Source: Planctomycetota bacterium (lineage in GTDB: Bacteria; Planctomycetota; B15-G4). Taken from it: 64,000 bases of DNA. The notes under the pieces are model-generated. The model was not told the origin of the DNA, made no database searches, and saw nothing but the letters and a program-made list of their open reading frames with translations. Shown in pieces: positions 1-8,787 of the stretch (the first letter of the stretch is position 1; each line of letters opens with the position of its first letter). The stretch is from the NCBI GenBank assembly GCA_965248575.1, contig CBDFJQ010000002.1:3232001-3296000 (forward strand), given 5' to 3'. A program made the translations under genes and the position numbers.

Positions 1-931
1 CAACGGCGAGCCCATCCCCCAGCCGGAACGGCTCGGCTTCCGCCACACCTGGGCGACGTGGATCAACGAGCGCACCAAGAACACACGTGACGTGGGTCTG
101 CCCGTGCTGGAGATCTCACCGGAGGTCGCAGAACAACTCACGGGCGTGGACCTGCTCGCGCGCGCCGCCGTGGTGGACAAGAAGGCCAAGCCGCCCAAGC
201 CCATCTTCACGGAGCGTTCGGTGAGCATGAGCAGCGCTTCGGTCATGCGCAGCACGCCCATCGACAACGTCGTGGCCGTGCTTCCAGGCAGCGATCCAGG
301 ACTAGCCGATGAGTACATCGTGCTCGGCGCGCACTACGACCACATCGGCGTCGACACCCGGGGCCGGATCGGCTACGGCGCCGACGACAACGCCTCGGGC
401 GTGGCAGCCCTGCTCGAAATCGCAGAGGCTCTCGCCAAGAACCCGCCCCGCCGCTCGATCATGGCCTGTGCCTTTGCCGCGGAGGAGGACGGCCTGGTGG
501 GTAGCAAGGCCCTCTGCAGCAACCCACCGATTCCACGCGAGAAGATGGTGGCCATGCTGAACATGGACATGCTTGGCCGCGGCAAGGAAAAGGAAGTGGC
601 GGTGCTGGGCGTGAACGAGAACCCCGGCTTCGAGAAGTTGCTCGAAAAAGCCCGCAAACAGCTGCCTACCAAGATCAAGAACATCGTGACCGGCCAGGGC
701 CAGGAGCTCTTCGAGCGCAGCGACCACTTCCCGTTCCATGAGATCGGCGTGCCGGTGCTCTTCTTCTTCGAAGGCCTTCCTATCAGCAAGAACGAGGACT
801 ATCACACCTGGCGAGACACCCTCGACGAGGTCGATGTCGACAAGATCGCCAAGACGGCGCGGCTGGTGTTCAGCACGGCGTGGATGCTGGCCAACGACGA
901 CGAACGCCCCCCCAAGCCGCGCGGCAAATAG
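1..931 (+). CDS. M28 family metallopeptidase (5' truncated by window edge)
   Basis: GAHYDH, GADDNASG, AAEEDGLVGS, NMDM, RSDH, YHT zinc-peptidase motifs; frame is open from the window start. Confidence 0.9.
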   Translation, partial: NGEPIPQPERLGFRHTWATWINERTKNTRDVGLPVLEISPEVAEQLTGVDLLARAAVVDKKAKPPKPIFTERSVSMSSASVMRSTPIDNVVAVLPGSDPGLADEYIVLGAHYDHIGVDTRGRIGYGADDNASGVAALLEIAEALAKNPPRRSIMACAFAAEEDGLVGSKALCSNPPIPREKMVAMLNMDMLGRGKEKEVAVLGVNENPGFEKLLEKARKQLPTKIKNIVTGQGQELFERSDHFPFHEIGVPVLFFFEGLPISKNEDYHTWRDTLDEVDVDKIAKTARLVFSTAWMLANDDERPPKPRGK

Positions 932-1047
932 CGGCGGCCACCACGCAACCCGAACTACGCCCGTCGGTTTGACAGCGCGACGGCGCGGAGCTTGCACTCG
1001 AGCCAGTACCCCGAGCGCCCGACCGACGCGGCCCTCGAGATGAAGTC

Positions 1048-2865
1048 GTGAACCCTTGGACAGAATCCGTCTGCGCCCAGCGCGCGCGGCCCGCAGCACA
1101 CCCACGGCTCTGGCTGGGCCTCTTGAGCGCCCTCGCCCTACTCGGCGCCTGCGCCCCGGCGGAAGCAGCGCCCCCCCTGCCAGAACCGGCATCGCCAATC
1201 ACCAACTGGAGCGAGCTGGAACCCAAGAGTTCCCGAGTGAGCACGGTCGTCATCTTCCCAACCCACGCTCAGCTGACTCGCACGCTTCAGGTCGAAGCCC
1301 AGGCCGGTGAGAATCGGCTGCTCTTCGGCGGTCTCGTACCAAACCTCGATCCCCAAACCTTGCGAGCCAGCGTGAGCGAGGGCGCCCGGGTCACCGGAAC
1401 GGAGATCAAGACACTCCACTTGGAACAGTCGAGCACCGAACAGATCGCAGACCTCGATCAGGCCATCCAGGATCTCGAGGACACTCTCACGGAGCGCGCC
1501 ATGCAAGAAACGCGCGTCCAAGAACGCGCCGCTTTCTATCGCTCCGTGAAGGGCCGCCTTGCCAGCGACATGGAAGCCCAGTTCGTCGGCGGCAGCATTC
1601 CCGTGACCAGCTGGAGCGAGGTCCTGGGGTTCGTGGGCGACGGCCTCGCTGGGTGTGACAAGGAACTCGTCGAGATCGGACTTGAGCGGCGCTCCCTGCT
1701 CGGCCGACGGGACGCAGCCAGAGCGGAGCGCCAGGGCTACGCAGGGCTCGAAGCTCACACGGAGAAGCAGGTGGCCGTCACCTTCCAGGCCGAACAAGCG
1801 GGGCCCATGACCGTGAACGTGCACTACATGGTGTCGGACGTCATCTGGAAGCCCAGCTACGACGTGCACCTGGATCGCGCCACGGGCGCACTCGAAATCA
1901 TCGGCTACGGACACATCAAGCAGTGGACAGGTGAGTCCTGGACGGATGTCGATCTCTCGTTGGCGATGAGCCGACCGGATCACCAACTCGCACTGCCAGC
2001 CCTCACGCCCCTCGTCGCCAGTCTCGATCAGACCGCGCTCAGGAAGCTCGCCAAGGAGGCCTCCTTCCTCGGCCTCTCGAAGGGCCAGGCCGCCCAAAAA
2101 TGGGCGGCCGGCCGGTTCGCCGGACGCCAGGACCGGGAGACCTTCCGACGCAATCTCGAACAACTCGCGCGCTTGCCTCGGGATCGAATGACGGCCTTGG
2201 GCCTCAGCCCGGAGATTCTCGAGGAAGCCCTGTCTCACCTCATCAACCGCTTCTCTGGTGTTCGCTACCAGATTGCGCAGCGCGCCACGATTCCCTTCGA
2301 CAGCTCGCCCCACAAGGTCGTGACCTTCGCGGCCCGTGTCCCTGCTCAGCTGCGCTACGTCGCCACACCCGCCCTCGGCGACACGGTCATGCTTCAGGCA
2401 GTGGCCACCAACTCCACGGGACACCCGATGCTGGCAGGCACGGCAGCGCTCTATGTGGATGGCGCCTACGCGGGAGCCTCCGAACTCGGCGGCGCAGCAC
2501 AGAACGAAGGCATCTCCTTCAGCTTCGGCCCCGACGACGCGCTGGTGGTGAAACGCCGGCTGATCTCCCGAAGCGTCAAAGGCCCCGAAGCCTTCAGGCA
2601 ATCACAGGTCCTGACGTACCACTACGCCATCACCGTCGAAAACTTCAACGACCGGGACGTCGAAGTCCACGTCGTCGATCAGATCCCCATCAGCAAGACC
2701 GCCGAGATCCAGGTGAGCTTCCTGAACTCCACAGAACCCCACACCCTCTACCCAGAAACCGGCGCCCTCATCTGGAACCTCTCCATGCCCGCCGGCAAAC
2801 GAACCGAAGTCGACTACTCGTTCAGCGTGGAATGCCCCATAGGCCAAGACGTCCACTGGCAATGA
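1048..2865 (+). CDS. DUF4140/DUF4139 (mucoidy inhibitor MuiA-like) protein, probable lipoprotein
   Basis: N-terminal VSTVVIFPTHAQLTR, coiled coil, WKPSYDV, QWTGESWTDVDLSL, C-terminal VVDQIPIS...GALIW; LLGAC lipobox. Confidence 0.8.
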   Translation: MNPWTESVCAQRARPAAHPRLWLGLLSALALLGACAPAEAAPPLPEPASPITNWSELEPKSSRVSTVVIFPTHAQLTRTLQVEAQAGENRLLFGGLVPNLDPQTLRASVSEGARVTGTEIKTLHLEQSSTEQIADLDQAIQDLEDTLTERAMQETRVQERAAFYRSVKGRLASDMEAQFVGGSIPVTSWSEVLGFVGDGLAGCDKELVEIGLERRSLLGRRDAARAERQGYAGLEAHTEKQVAVTFQAEQAGPMTVNVHYMVSDVIWKPSYDVHLDRATGALEIIGYGHIKQWTGESWTDVDLSLAMSRPDHQLALPALTPLVASLDQTALRKLAKEASFLGLSKGQAAQKWAAGRFAGRQDRETFRRNLEQLARLPRDRMTALGLSPEILEEALSHLINRFSGVRYQIAQRATIPFDSSPHKVVTFAARVPAQLRYVATPALGDTVMLQAVATNSTGHPMLAGTAALYVDGAYAGASELGGAAQNEGISFSFGPDDALVVKRRLISRSVKGPEAFRQSQVLTYHYAITVENFNDRDVEVHVVDQIPISKTAEIQVSFLNSTEPHTLYPETGALIWNLSMPAGKRTEVDYSFSVECPIGQDVHWQ

Positions 2866-2894
2866 CCCTCACTGCTCGCCGACCGGCGGGGTAG

Positions 2895-3015
2895 GTCCAC
2901 CGAGGAGGGGAGCCCTGAGGGCCGGGCACCTGGTCTGAAGCGAGTTTTGGAGGCATCAGCTCGCCTCCTTGTCTGAGCAGCAGACCAGGTGCCCGGCCCT
3001 CAGGGCTCCCCGGCC
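2895..3015. repeat. Structured dispersed repeat, copy 1 (31-bp perfect inverted repeat enclosing a 43-nt conserved core)
   Basis: Arms 2907-2937 and 2981-3011 are exact reverse complements; core 37/43 identical to the reverse complement of 8397-8439. Confidence 0.9.
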
Positions 3016-3019
3016 GCGT

Positions 3020-3244
3020 CTACCCCTGCCGATACTGCTCGCCAATGCCATCCACGAAGAACTCCACGCGCCCACACTCCGGGCAGACATAGACGTCAAA
3101 CTTCTCGCGGTTGGTGAACAGCTCACCCAGTTCACCCAATGCGCCCCAACGCGTGCCTTCGTGAAACTTCTTGGTGCCCACGAAATCGAGAGCGCGCTCG
3201 CAACGGGGGCAACGCAGGGGGCTGTCGGGGTCTGGGCTCACCAT
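3020..3244 (-). CDS. Small zinc-ribbon protein (CxxC...CxxC, 74 aa)
   Basis: MVSPDPDSPLRCPRC...YVCPECGRVEFF; ATG at 3244; follows mce in the same orientation. Confidence 0.75.
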   Translation of the reverse strand: MVSPDPDSPLRCPRCERALDFVGTKKFHEGTRWGALGELGELFTNREKFDVYVCPECGRVEFFVDGIGEQYRQG

Positions 3245-3302
3245 GGCTTCATGTCCTTCGGGTCTTCGACTCTCGTCATCTTGCGCGAACTGGCCTGATC
3301 CG

Positions 3303-3719
3303 TCAGTGCGCGTCTTGGGCCTGGACCAGCTCCACGAGCACGCCGCCGGTGGATGCCGGATGGACGAAGGCCACTGTCGTCCCGTGCGCACCTGACCGGG
3401 GTTTTTCATCGATCAGGCGTACGCCTGCCTCACGCATGCGCTCCAGCATATCGGCAATGTCGTCCACTTCGAAAGCGACGTGGTGCAGGCCCGGGCCGCG
3501 CTTCGCCAGGAACTTGCCCACGGGGTTCTCGCCCTCGTCGGGCTGCAGCAGCTCCACCGCCCCGGAACCGGCACCGAGGCGCAGCATGGCGACGGAGACA
3601 CCATCGCTCGCCACGTGCTCGATGTGCTCCACGGGCAAGCCGAGCAGATCACGCCAGAATTCCAGCACGGCTTCGTGAGCAGGGACCGCAACGCCGAAGT
3701 GGGACAGACGAGTCGCCAT
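3303..3719 (-). CDS. mce: Methylmalonyl-CoA epimerase
   Basis: VOC fold: SHFGVAV, VELLQP, FLAKRGPGLHHVAFEV, FVHPASTGGVLVELV; next to the mutase. Confidence 0.9.
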   Translation of the reverse strand: MATRLSHFGVAVPAHEAVLEFWRDLLGLPVEHIEHVASDGVSVAMLRLGAGSGAVELLQPDEGENPVGKFLAKRGPGLHHVAFEVDDIADMLERMREAGVRLIDEKPRSGAHGTTVAFVHPASTGGVLVELVQAQDAH

Positions 3720-3727
3720 GGGTCTTC

Positions 3728-5371
3728 TCAGAAGATGGACACGGGGGCGTGCTTGCCGAACACGCCTTCGAACTGGCCGCATACCTCGCCCACCGTCGCA
3801 CCTGCTTCGACGGCTTCAAGAATGAGGGGCATCAGGTTCTGCTCGCCCTTGGCGGCATCCCGCAAGGCCAAGAGCGCGGCGTCGCAAGCGGAGCCGTCCC
3901 GGGCAGATCGCCAGGCGGCCAACTCTTCGCTGCGGCGCTCACCCAGCTGGTCGTCGACCTTCAGCAGGGGTTGCACGGCCTCCTCATCCACCGTGTAGCA
4001 GTTGACGCCCACGATGCGGCGCTCGCCCTCTTCGACGCATCGCTGGTGTTCGTAGGCAGCGCGATGGATCTGCTGCTGTTGGTAGCCCTCCTCCACGGCC
4101 CCCAGGGCCCCGCCCCGCTTGTCGACCTCGGCGATCAACTCACGCGCCTCGGCTTCGACGCGATCGGTCAAGGCCTCCACGAAGGGTGAGCCGCCCAGTG
4201 GGTCGATGGTGTGGGTGACGCCGCTCTCCTCGGCGATCACTTGTTGGGTCCGCAAGGCCAAGAGGGCTGCATCCGCCGTGGGCAAGCTCAAGGCCTCGTC
4301 ACGGCTGTTGGTGTGCAGTGACTGCGTCCCACCCATCACGGCCGCCAGGGCCTGCAAGGTCACGCGCACGACGTTCACATCCGGCTGCTGGCTGGTGAGG
4401 GTCGAGCCTGCGGTCTGCGTATGGAAGCGCAAGCGCATGGCCGAGTCCTGCTTGGCTCCGAAGCGCTCCTTGAGCATCGTGGCCCACATTCGACGCGCCG
4501 CCCGGAACTTGGCCACCTCTTCGAAGAAGTCGTTGTGGGCGTTGAAGAAGAAGGACAACTGGCCCGCGAAGGCGTCCACGTCGAGCCCCCGATCCACGGC
4601 GCACTGCACATACTGCAAGCCATTCGCCAAGGTGAACGCCAGCTCCTGGGGCGCCGTGCAACCCGCCTCGCGCATGTGATAGCCGCTGATGGAGATCGGG
4701 TTGAAGCGCGGCAGTTCCTTGTTGCAGTACTCGATGACATCCGTCACCAGACGCAGGGACGGGCCGGGCGGGAAACGGAAAGTGCCGCGAGCGATGTACT
4801 CCTTCAGCAGGTCGTTCTGCAGCGTCCCTCTCAGCTTCCCGGGGTCCACTCCCTGCCTGCGGGCCGCGGCCACCAGGAACGCCAGCAGCACCGGCGCGGT
4901 GGAGTTGATGGTCATGGAGACGCTGACATCGCCCAGCGGGATGCCCTGGAACAAGGCCTCGAAATCACCCAGGCAGGCCACGGACACACCCACCTTGCCC
5001 ACCTCCCCGGCGGCCAGATCAGCATCCGGGTCGTGGCCCATCTGGGTCGGCAGATCGAAGGCCACGCTCAGGCCGGTCTGCCCGCGATCGAGCAGGAAGC
5101 GGAAACGCGCGTTGGTCTCCTCAGCCGTGGAGAAGCCGGAGTACTGGCGCATGGTCCACGAACGCCCGCGATACATGGACGGGTAGGGCCCGCGCGTGAA
5201 GGGGAATGCTCCAGGCATGCCCAGACCGTCGCCCGCCTCCGTTGGCACATAGAGCGGGTCGATCTCCAGGCCCGACGGCGTCCGCACCTCTCGTGGCGCG
5301 CCACTCGGGAGCGAGGGGCTGTAGGAATCCTTCAACCAGTTCTGCAGCGCCTCGGGATCAGTGTCGGTCAT
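3728..5371 (-). CDS. Methylmalonyl-CoA mutase, substrate-binding (large) subunit without B12-binding domain
   Basis: PFTRGPYPSMYRGRSWTMRQYSGF, LSVAFDLPTQ, QNDLLKEYIARG, GGTQSLHTN; Tyr in RQY indicates methylmalonyl-CoA specificity. Confidence 0.92.
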   Translation of the reverse strand: MTDTDPEALQNWLKDSYSPSLPSGAPREVRTPSGLEIDPLYVPTEAGDGLGMPGAFPFTRGPYPSMYRGRSWTMRQYSGFSTAEETNARFRFLLDRGQTGLSVAFDLPTQMGHDPDADLAAGEVGKVGVSVACLGDFEALFQGIPLGDVSVSMTINSTAPVLLAFLVAAARRQGVDPGKLRGTLQNDLLKEYIARGTFRFPPGPSLRLVTDVIEYCNKELPRFNPISISGYHMREAGCTAPQELAFTLANGLQYVQCAVDRGLDVDAFAGQLSFFFNAHNDFFEEVAKFRAARRMWATMLKERFGAKQDSAMRLRFHTQTAGSTLTSQQPDVNVVRVTLQALAAVMGGTQSLHTNSRDEALSLPTADAALLALRTQQVIAEESGVTHTIDPLGGSPFVEALTDRVEAEARELIAEVDKRGGALGAVEEGYQQQQIHRAAYEHQRCVEEGERRIVGVNCYTVDEEAVQPLLKVDDQLGERRSEELAAWRSARDGSACDAALLALRDAAKGEQNLMPLILEAVEAGATVGEVCGQFEGVFGKHAPVSIF

Positions 5372-5437
5372 GGGAACGCGCCTTCGTGTTGTGTGTCCGG
5401 CTGCCGCGCAGCGAGGGCAGCGCTCGGGCGTGAGAGC

Positions 5438-6457
5438 TCAGGCCTCTGCCGCGGCCTCTTCCAGAATCTCCACGAGCTCCGCCATGTCGGGCGGCAGCGG
5501 GGATTCGAACTGAACGTCTTGCCCCGTGCCCGGGTGCTCGAAAGCCAGGGTGCGAGCGTGCAGGGCCTGGCGCGCTATCGAGGGCGCCCGCTTGCCTTGC
5601 TCGGCGCGCTTCGCCACCCAGCGCCGCCAGGACTCCTGCTGGGTGACGCCGTAGTTCGGGTCGACGAGGATGGGGAAACCCAGGTGGTCCAGGTGCACCC
5701 GGATCTGATGCGTGCGCCCGGTGCGCGGCGAGACATCCAGGATGCTCGCCACTCCGAGCCGCGCCTTCACCTCGTAGAAGGTCGAAGCGGCTTGCCCGCC
5801 TTCGCTCACCACGGCCCTGCGTTGCGGCTTCTTCGGGTGCACCCCCAACGGCAAGTCGATCCAGTCGCTGTCGAAGGGCATCTCGCCCCAAACCACGGCG
5901 CTGTACTGTTTGCGCACCTTCTTGGCCTTGAACTGGTTCACCAACGACTTGGCGGCGTCGTTGGTGCGCGCCACGACCATGACCCCCGTGGTCTGCCGGT
6001 CGAGCCGGTGCACGATGCCGGGCCGGTCCGCTCGACCCACCACGGCGAGCTCCGGATAGAGCTTCAGCAGGCCGTTGACCATGGTGCCGGTGGAGGCTCC
6101 GCTGCCCGGATGAATCACCAGACCCTCCGGCTTGTCCACCAGGATCACGGATTCGTCCTCGTGAAGAATCTTCAGGCCCAGCTCCTCGGCCTCGGGCAGC
6201 CCGGTGGCCGCCACGCCCAATTCCCCCGCGATGACCATGCCCTCCATGACCCGAAGGGAGCCGCGGACCTCCTGCCCGTCGACCCGGATGGCACCCTCAG
6301 CGAGCAAGGCTGAGAGGTAGGAACGGGAGTAGTGAGGGGCCAATGCACGCCCCAGGGCCCGATCCACGCGCGATCCCGCCTGCTCGGCGGTCACCTCCAG
6401 GCGGAGGTGGCCCGTCTCATCGACGGACGTTGGGCGGGCCTGTTCAGCGGGATCCAT
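5438..6457 (-). CDS. rluD: RluA/RluD family 23S rRNA pseudouridine synthase
   Basis: N-terminal S4-like domain, DKPEGLVIHP, GIVHRLD, TGRTHQIRVH, QALHA. Confidence 0.88.
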   Translation of the reverse strand: MDPAEQARPTSVDETGHLRLEVTAEQAGSRVDRALGRALAPHYSRSYLSALLAEGAIRVDGQEVRGSLRVMEGMVIAGELGVAATGLPEAEELGLKILHEDESVILVDKPEGLVIHPGSGASTGTMVNGLLKLYPELAVVGRADRPGIVHRLDRQTTGVMVVARTNDAAKSLVNQFKAKKVRKQYSAVVWGEMPFDSDWIDLPLGVHPKKPQRRAVVSEGGQAASTFYEVKARLGVASILDVSPRTGRTHQIRVHLDHLGFPILVDPNYGVTQQESWRRWVAKRAEQGKRAPSIARQALHARTLAFEHPGTGQDVQFESPLPPDMAELVEILEEAAAEA

Positions 6458-6497
6458 GGGTGGGTGCCAGGTGAGGGAGTACAGAATTCCGGTCAGG

Positions 6498-6525
6498 TTG
6501 ACAGTCTAGAGGCCTCTGTTACAGT
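6498..6525 (+). promoter_or_regulatory. Sigma70-type promoter candidate TTGACA-N16-TACAGT
   Basis: Perfect -35 at 6498-6503, TACAGT at 6520-6525, palindrome AGAGGCCTCT in the spacer. Confidence 0.55.
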
Positions 6526-6550
6526 CTCGCGGCCGCTAGACTACATTCAT

Positions 6551-6589
6551 GGAACCGGTTGGTTGTGTCCGACCGGGTCCGTTTTTTTT
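6551..6589 (+). terminator. Intrinsic terminator / attenuator hairpin
   Basis: GGAACCGGTTGG-ttgtgt-CCGACCGGGTCC followed by G and T8. Confidence 0.75.
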
Positions 6590-6698
6590 AGCAGGCTTCA
6601 GGTTTTTCAGGCCCTTATCACACGCCCCCGAAGGCGCCGATAAGACGCATGAGGAACAGCACCCCCGAGCGTCCCCGCCCCGAGGAGCCCAGCCCCAC

Positions 6699-8351
6699 GT
6701 GCTAGCCCCCCTCGCAGGTTTTCTTTCTGTGTTCGTTTGCGCCTCTGCTTGCGTCGTTGGCCAAGCAGCGCGCGCGCTTCCCAAAGCACAGAACGCACAT
6801 GCACAACACGCCTCCCGGGCGCCCGTTCGCAGCGACCTCCAGAAAGAGGTCCGGCTGAACAGCGACCCGAACAATCCGGAGGCGCCCTACGGCATGGTGC
6901 TCATTCCGGCAGGCGACGTGATCATGGGCACCGACCCGGACCTGGTCCCCAAGCTGGGCCAGAACTTCCAGGCGCAGATGACTGAGATCGCTGCGGAAAC
7001 GCCGCGCCACACGCGCGAGGTCGACCAGTTCTTCATCGACGCCAACGAGGTCACGAACCTGCAGTGGAAGGTCTACCTGGACGCCACCGGCCGCGAACCA
7101 TCTTCGGTGCTCGTCACCAACGGCTGGCCCAACAGCAAGATCCCTGATGGACAGGACTACTTCCCCATCACATTGGTGAGCCTGCCCGAGATCGAGGAGT
7201 TCCTGGCCTGGGCCGGCAAGCGCTTGCCGACCGAAGCCGAGTGGACCCGGGCAGCACGTGGCGACGACAGCCGCAGCTACCCCTGGGGCGACAAGTGGAA
7301 CTCCAAGGTCGTGAGCTATGGCGGCCGTTCACCCGCGCTGCCTGTGAGCGTCGACGAGTTCGAGAAGGGCGCGAGCCCCTTCGGCGTCGTCAACATGGCG
7401 GGCAACGTCTGGGAATGGGTAGACACCAACTACACCCCCTTCAAGGGTTTCGAGCCGATCCCGTTCAAGCTGAGCAAGCGCGAGGTCGTGCCGCTGACGC
7501 CTGAGTTCGACTCTCGTCGCTACGTCATCAAGGGCGGCTGCTACGTCTCCACCCGCGACATGTCGCGCATCGACTACCGCGTCAGCGTCGACCCCAATGA
7601 CGCGGACGCCGGCCTCGGTTTCCGGACGGCACGCTCCGTGCACGCCGGCGCCGAAATCATCCGCAGTAGCTACCGCCGCCTGCTCCCCTCCGCCATCACC
7701 GGCGAGGACATGCTGGACAAGACCGACATCTTCGCCCAGGAGCGCGCCTCCTACCTCGAGGGCAGCGACGGCCGTATCATTTCCGGCTTCCGCTACCTCG
7801 GCTTCGCCCACCCCAAGCCGCTTCGCCAAGCGGGCCTCTCACGCATACGCAAGTCCTCCAAGGACGAGCCGGTGACCCTGGGCCTGCTCACCACGAGCGA
7901 GCCCCTAGCTGAGCCACCGCTCCCGCCCGGTGACTACGTCGTCGCCTTCAAGGGGCGCGGCGAATCCAAGAAGCACAAGGAAGCACGGCGCAACAGGAGC
8001 AAGGACAAGAAGAAGGACGACGACGCGGAAGCCCCCCCCGCACCGCCCGCTCCCAATGGGGATAGCGGCAGTCTAGCTCCCTGGCCCTTCGCCGTGGACG
8101 ACGTCGTCGAGGACATCGAGTTCGACCAGGACATGGATGTCTTCCTCTTCTACAACGTCAACAACGCCGTGGTCGGCTGGACCCTCGCCGGTGAAATCAC
8201 CGAATCCGCCTTCGCACCCGTGACGCACGAGGTGGATGCCGAGGGCAAGAAGTGGGACATCGCTTTCAGCCTCGACGTGGTCAGCAAGCGCGTCCCGCGC
8301 TTTACGCTTCCCATCAAGGTCGCGGGTCCTGGGCTCGGCACTCCTGACTGA
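6699..8351 (+). CDS. Secreted FGE/SUMF1-sulfatase-modifying-domain protein with unknown C-terminal domain
   Basis: MVLIPAG, EVTNLQW, KRLPTEAEW, YPWG, NMAGNVWEW, GFR motifs; GTG at 6699 after GAGGAG gives a signal-peptide-like start (the ORF is open from 6549). Confidence 0.8.
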   Translation: MLAPLAGFLSVFVCASACVVGQAARALPKAQNAHAQHASRAPVRSDLQKEVRLNSDPNNPEAPYGMVLIPAGDVIMGTDPDLVPKLGQNFQAQMTEIAAETPRHTREVDQFFIDANEVTNLQWKVYLDATGREPSSVLVTNGWPNSKIPDGQDYFPITLVSLPEIEEFLAWAGKRLPTEAEWTRAARGDDSRSYPWGDKWNSKVVSYGGRSPALPVSVDEFEKGASPFGVVNMAGNVWEWVDTNYTPFKGFEPIPFKLSKREVVPLTPEFDSRRYVIKGGCYVSTRDMSRIDYRVSVDPNDADAGLGFRTARSVHAGAEIIRSSYRRLLPSAITGEDMLDKTDIFAQERASYLEGSDGRIISGFRYLGFAHPKPLRQAGLSRIRKSSKDEPVTLGLLTTSEPLAEPPLPPGDYVVAFKGRGESKKHKEARRNRSKDKKKDDDAEAPPAPPAPNGDSGSLAPWPFAVDDVVEDIEFDQDMDVFLFYNVNNAVVGWTLAGEITESAFAPVTHEVDAEGKKWDIAFSLDVVSKRVPRFTLPIKVAGPGLGTPD

Positions 8352-8362
8352 GCTCGGCTGAG

Positions 8363-8481
8363 GGCCGGGTCGTCCAGTTGAGGGACACTTGGCCTGCAGC
8401 TCAGACAACGAGGCGAACTGACGCCTCGAAAACTCGCCTCAGACCAAGTGTCCCTCAACAGGACGCCCCTCCTCGGTGGAC
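8363..8481. repeat. Structured dispersed repeat, copy 2 (inverted relative to copy 1)
   Basis: Stem 8371-8396/8440-8465, core 8397-8439, shared tail CCCCTCCTCGGTGGAC. Confidence 0.9.
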
Positions 8482-8787
8482 AGGCGGCACCCGGGTCGAG
8501 ACGCGAGCTTGCGTGCTCGCTCTTGGGGTAAGTGGGCGATGGCGCGACCTTCGACGGTCGTGACGCTAGGCGTCAAAGACATGTGAGGCGTCGAGACAAG
8601 CGAAGCACGACTCGTATTTCGCGCTCGATCCCACACAGCCGTTGGACCGCGAGCAGGAACGGAAGCCCACCGGTCGCGCCCGTCCCGACAGCATCCTTGA
8701 TCTCTTGCCGGGTATCACCCCAGCAGGCCGGCGGGCGCGAGCGCTAGCATGGCGTGCTCCGCTAGCCGCTGAGCGGCCGATCCGTAG

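Noticed and set aside
2938..2980. Repeat core as a hammerhead ribozyme (CTGATG / GAAA-like segments)
   Set aside because: The CUGANGA core reads CUGAUGC or CUGACGC, and GAAA is not conserved between the copies
4421..6313. Long antisense ORFs (also 12732-14267, 51290-53044, 56710-58836, 59233-60714)
   Set aside because: Shadows of well-supported genes on the opposite strand, typical of high-GC DNA; no motifs
8371..8465. Integron attC site
   Set aside because: GTT and AAC are in the opposite order to attC, copy 1 lacks them, and no integrase is in the window
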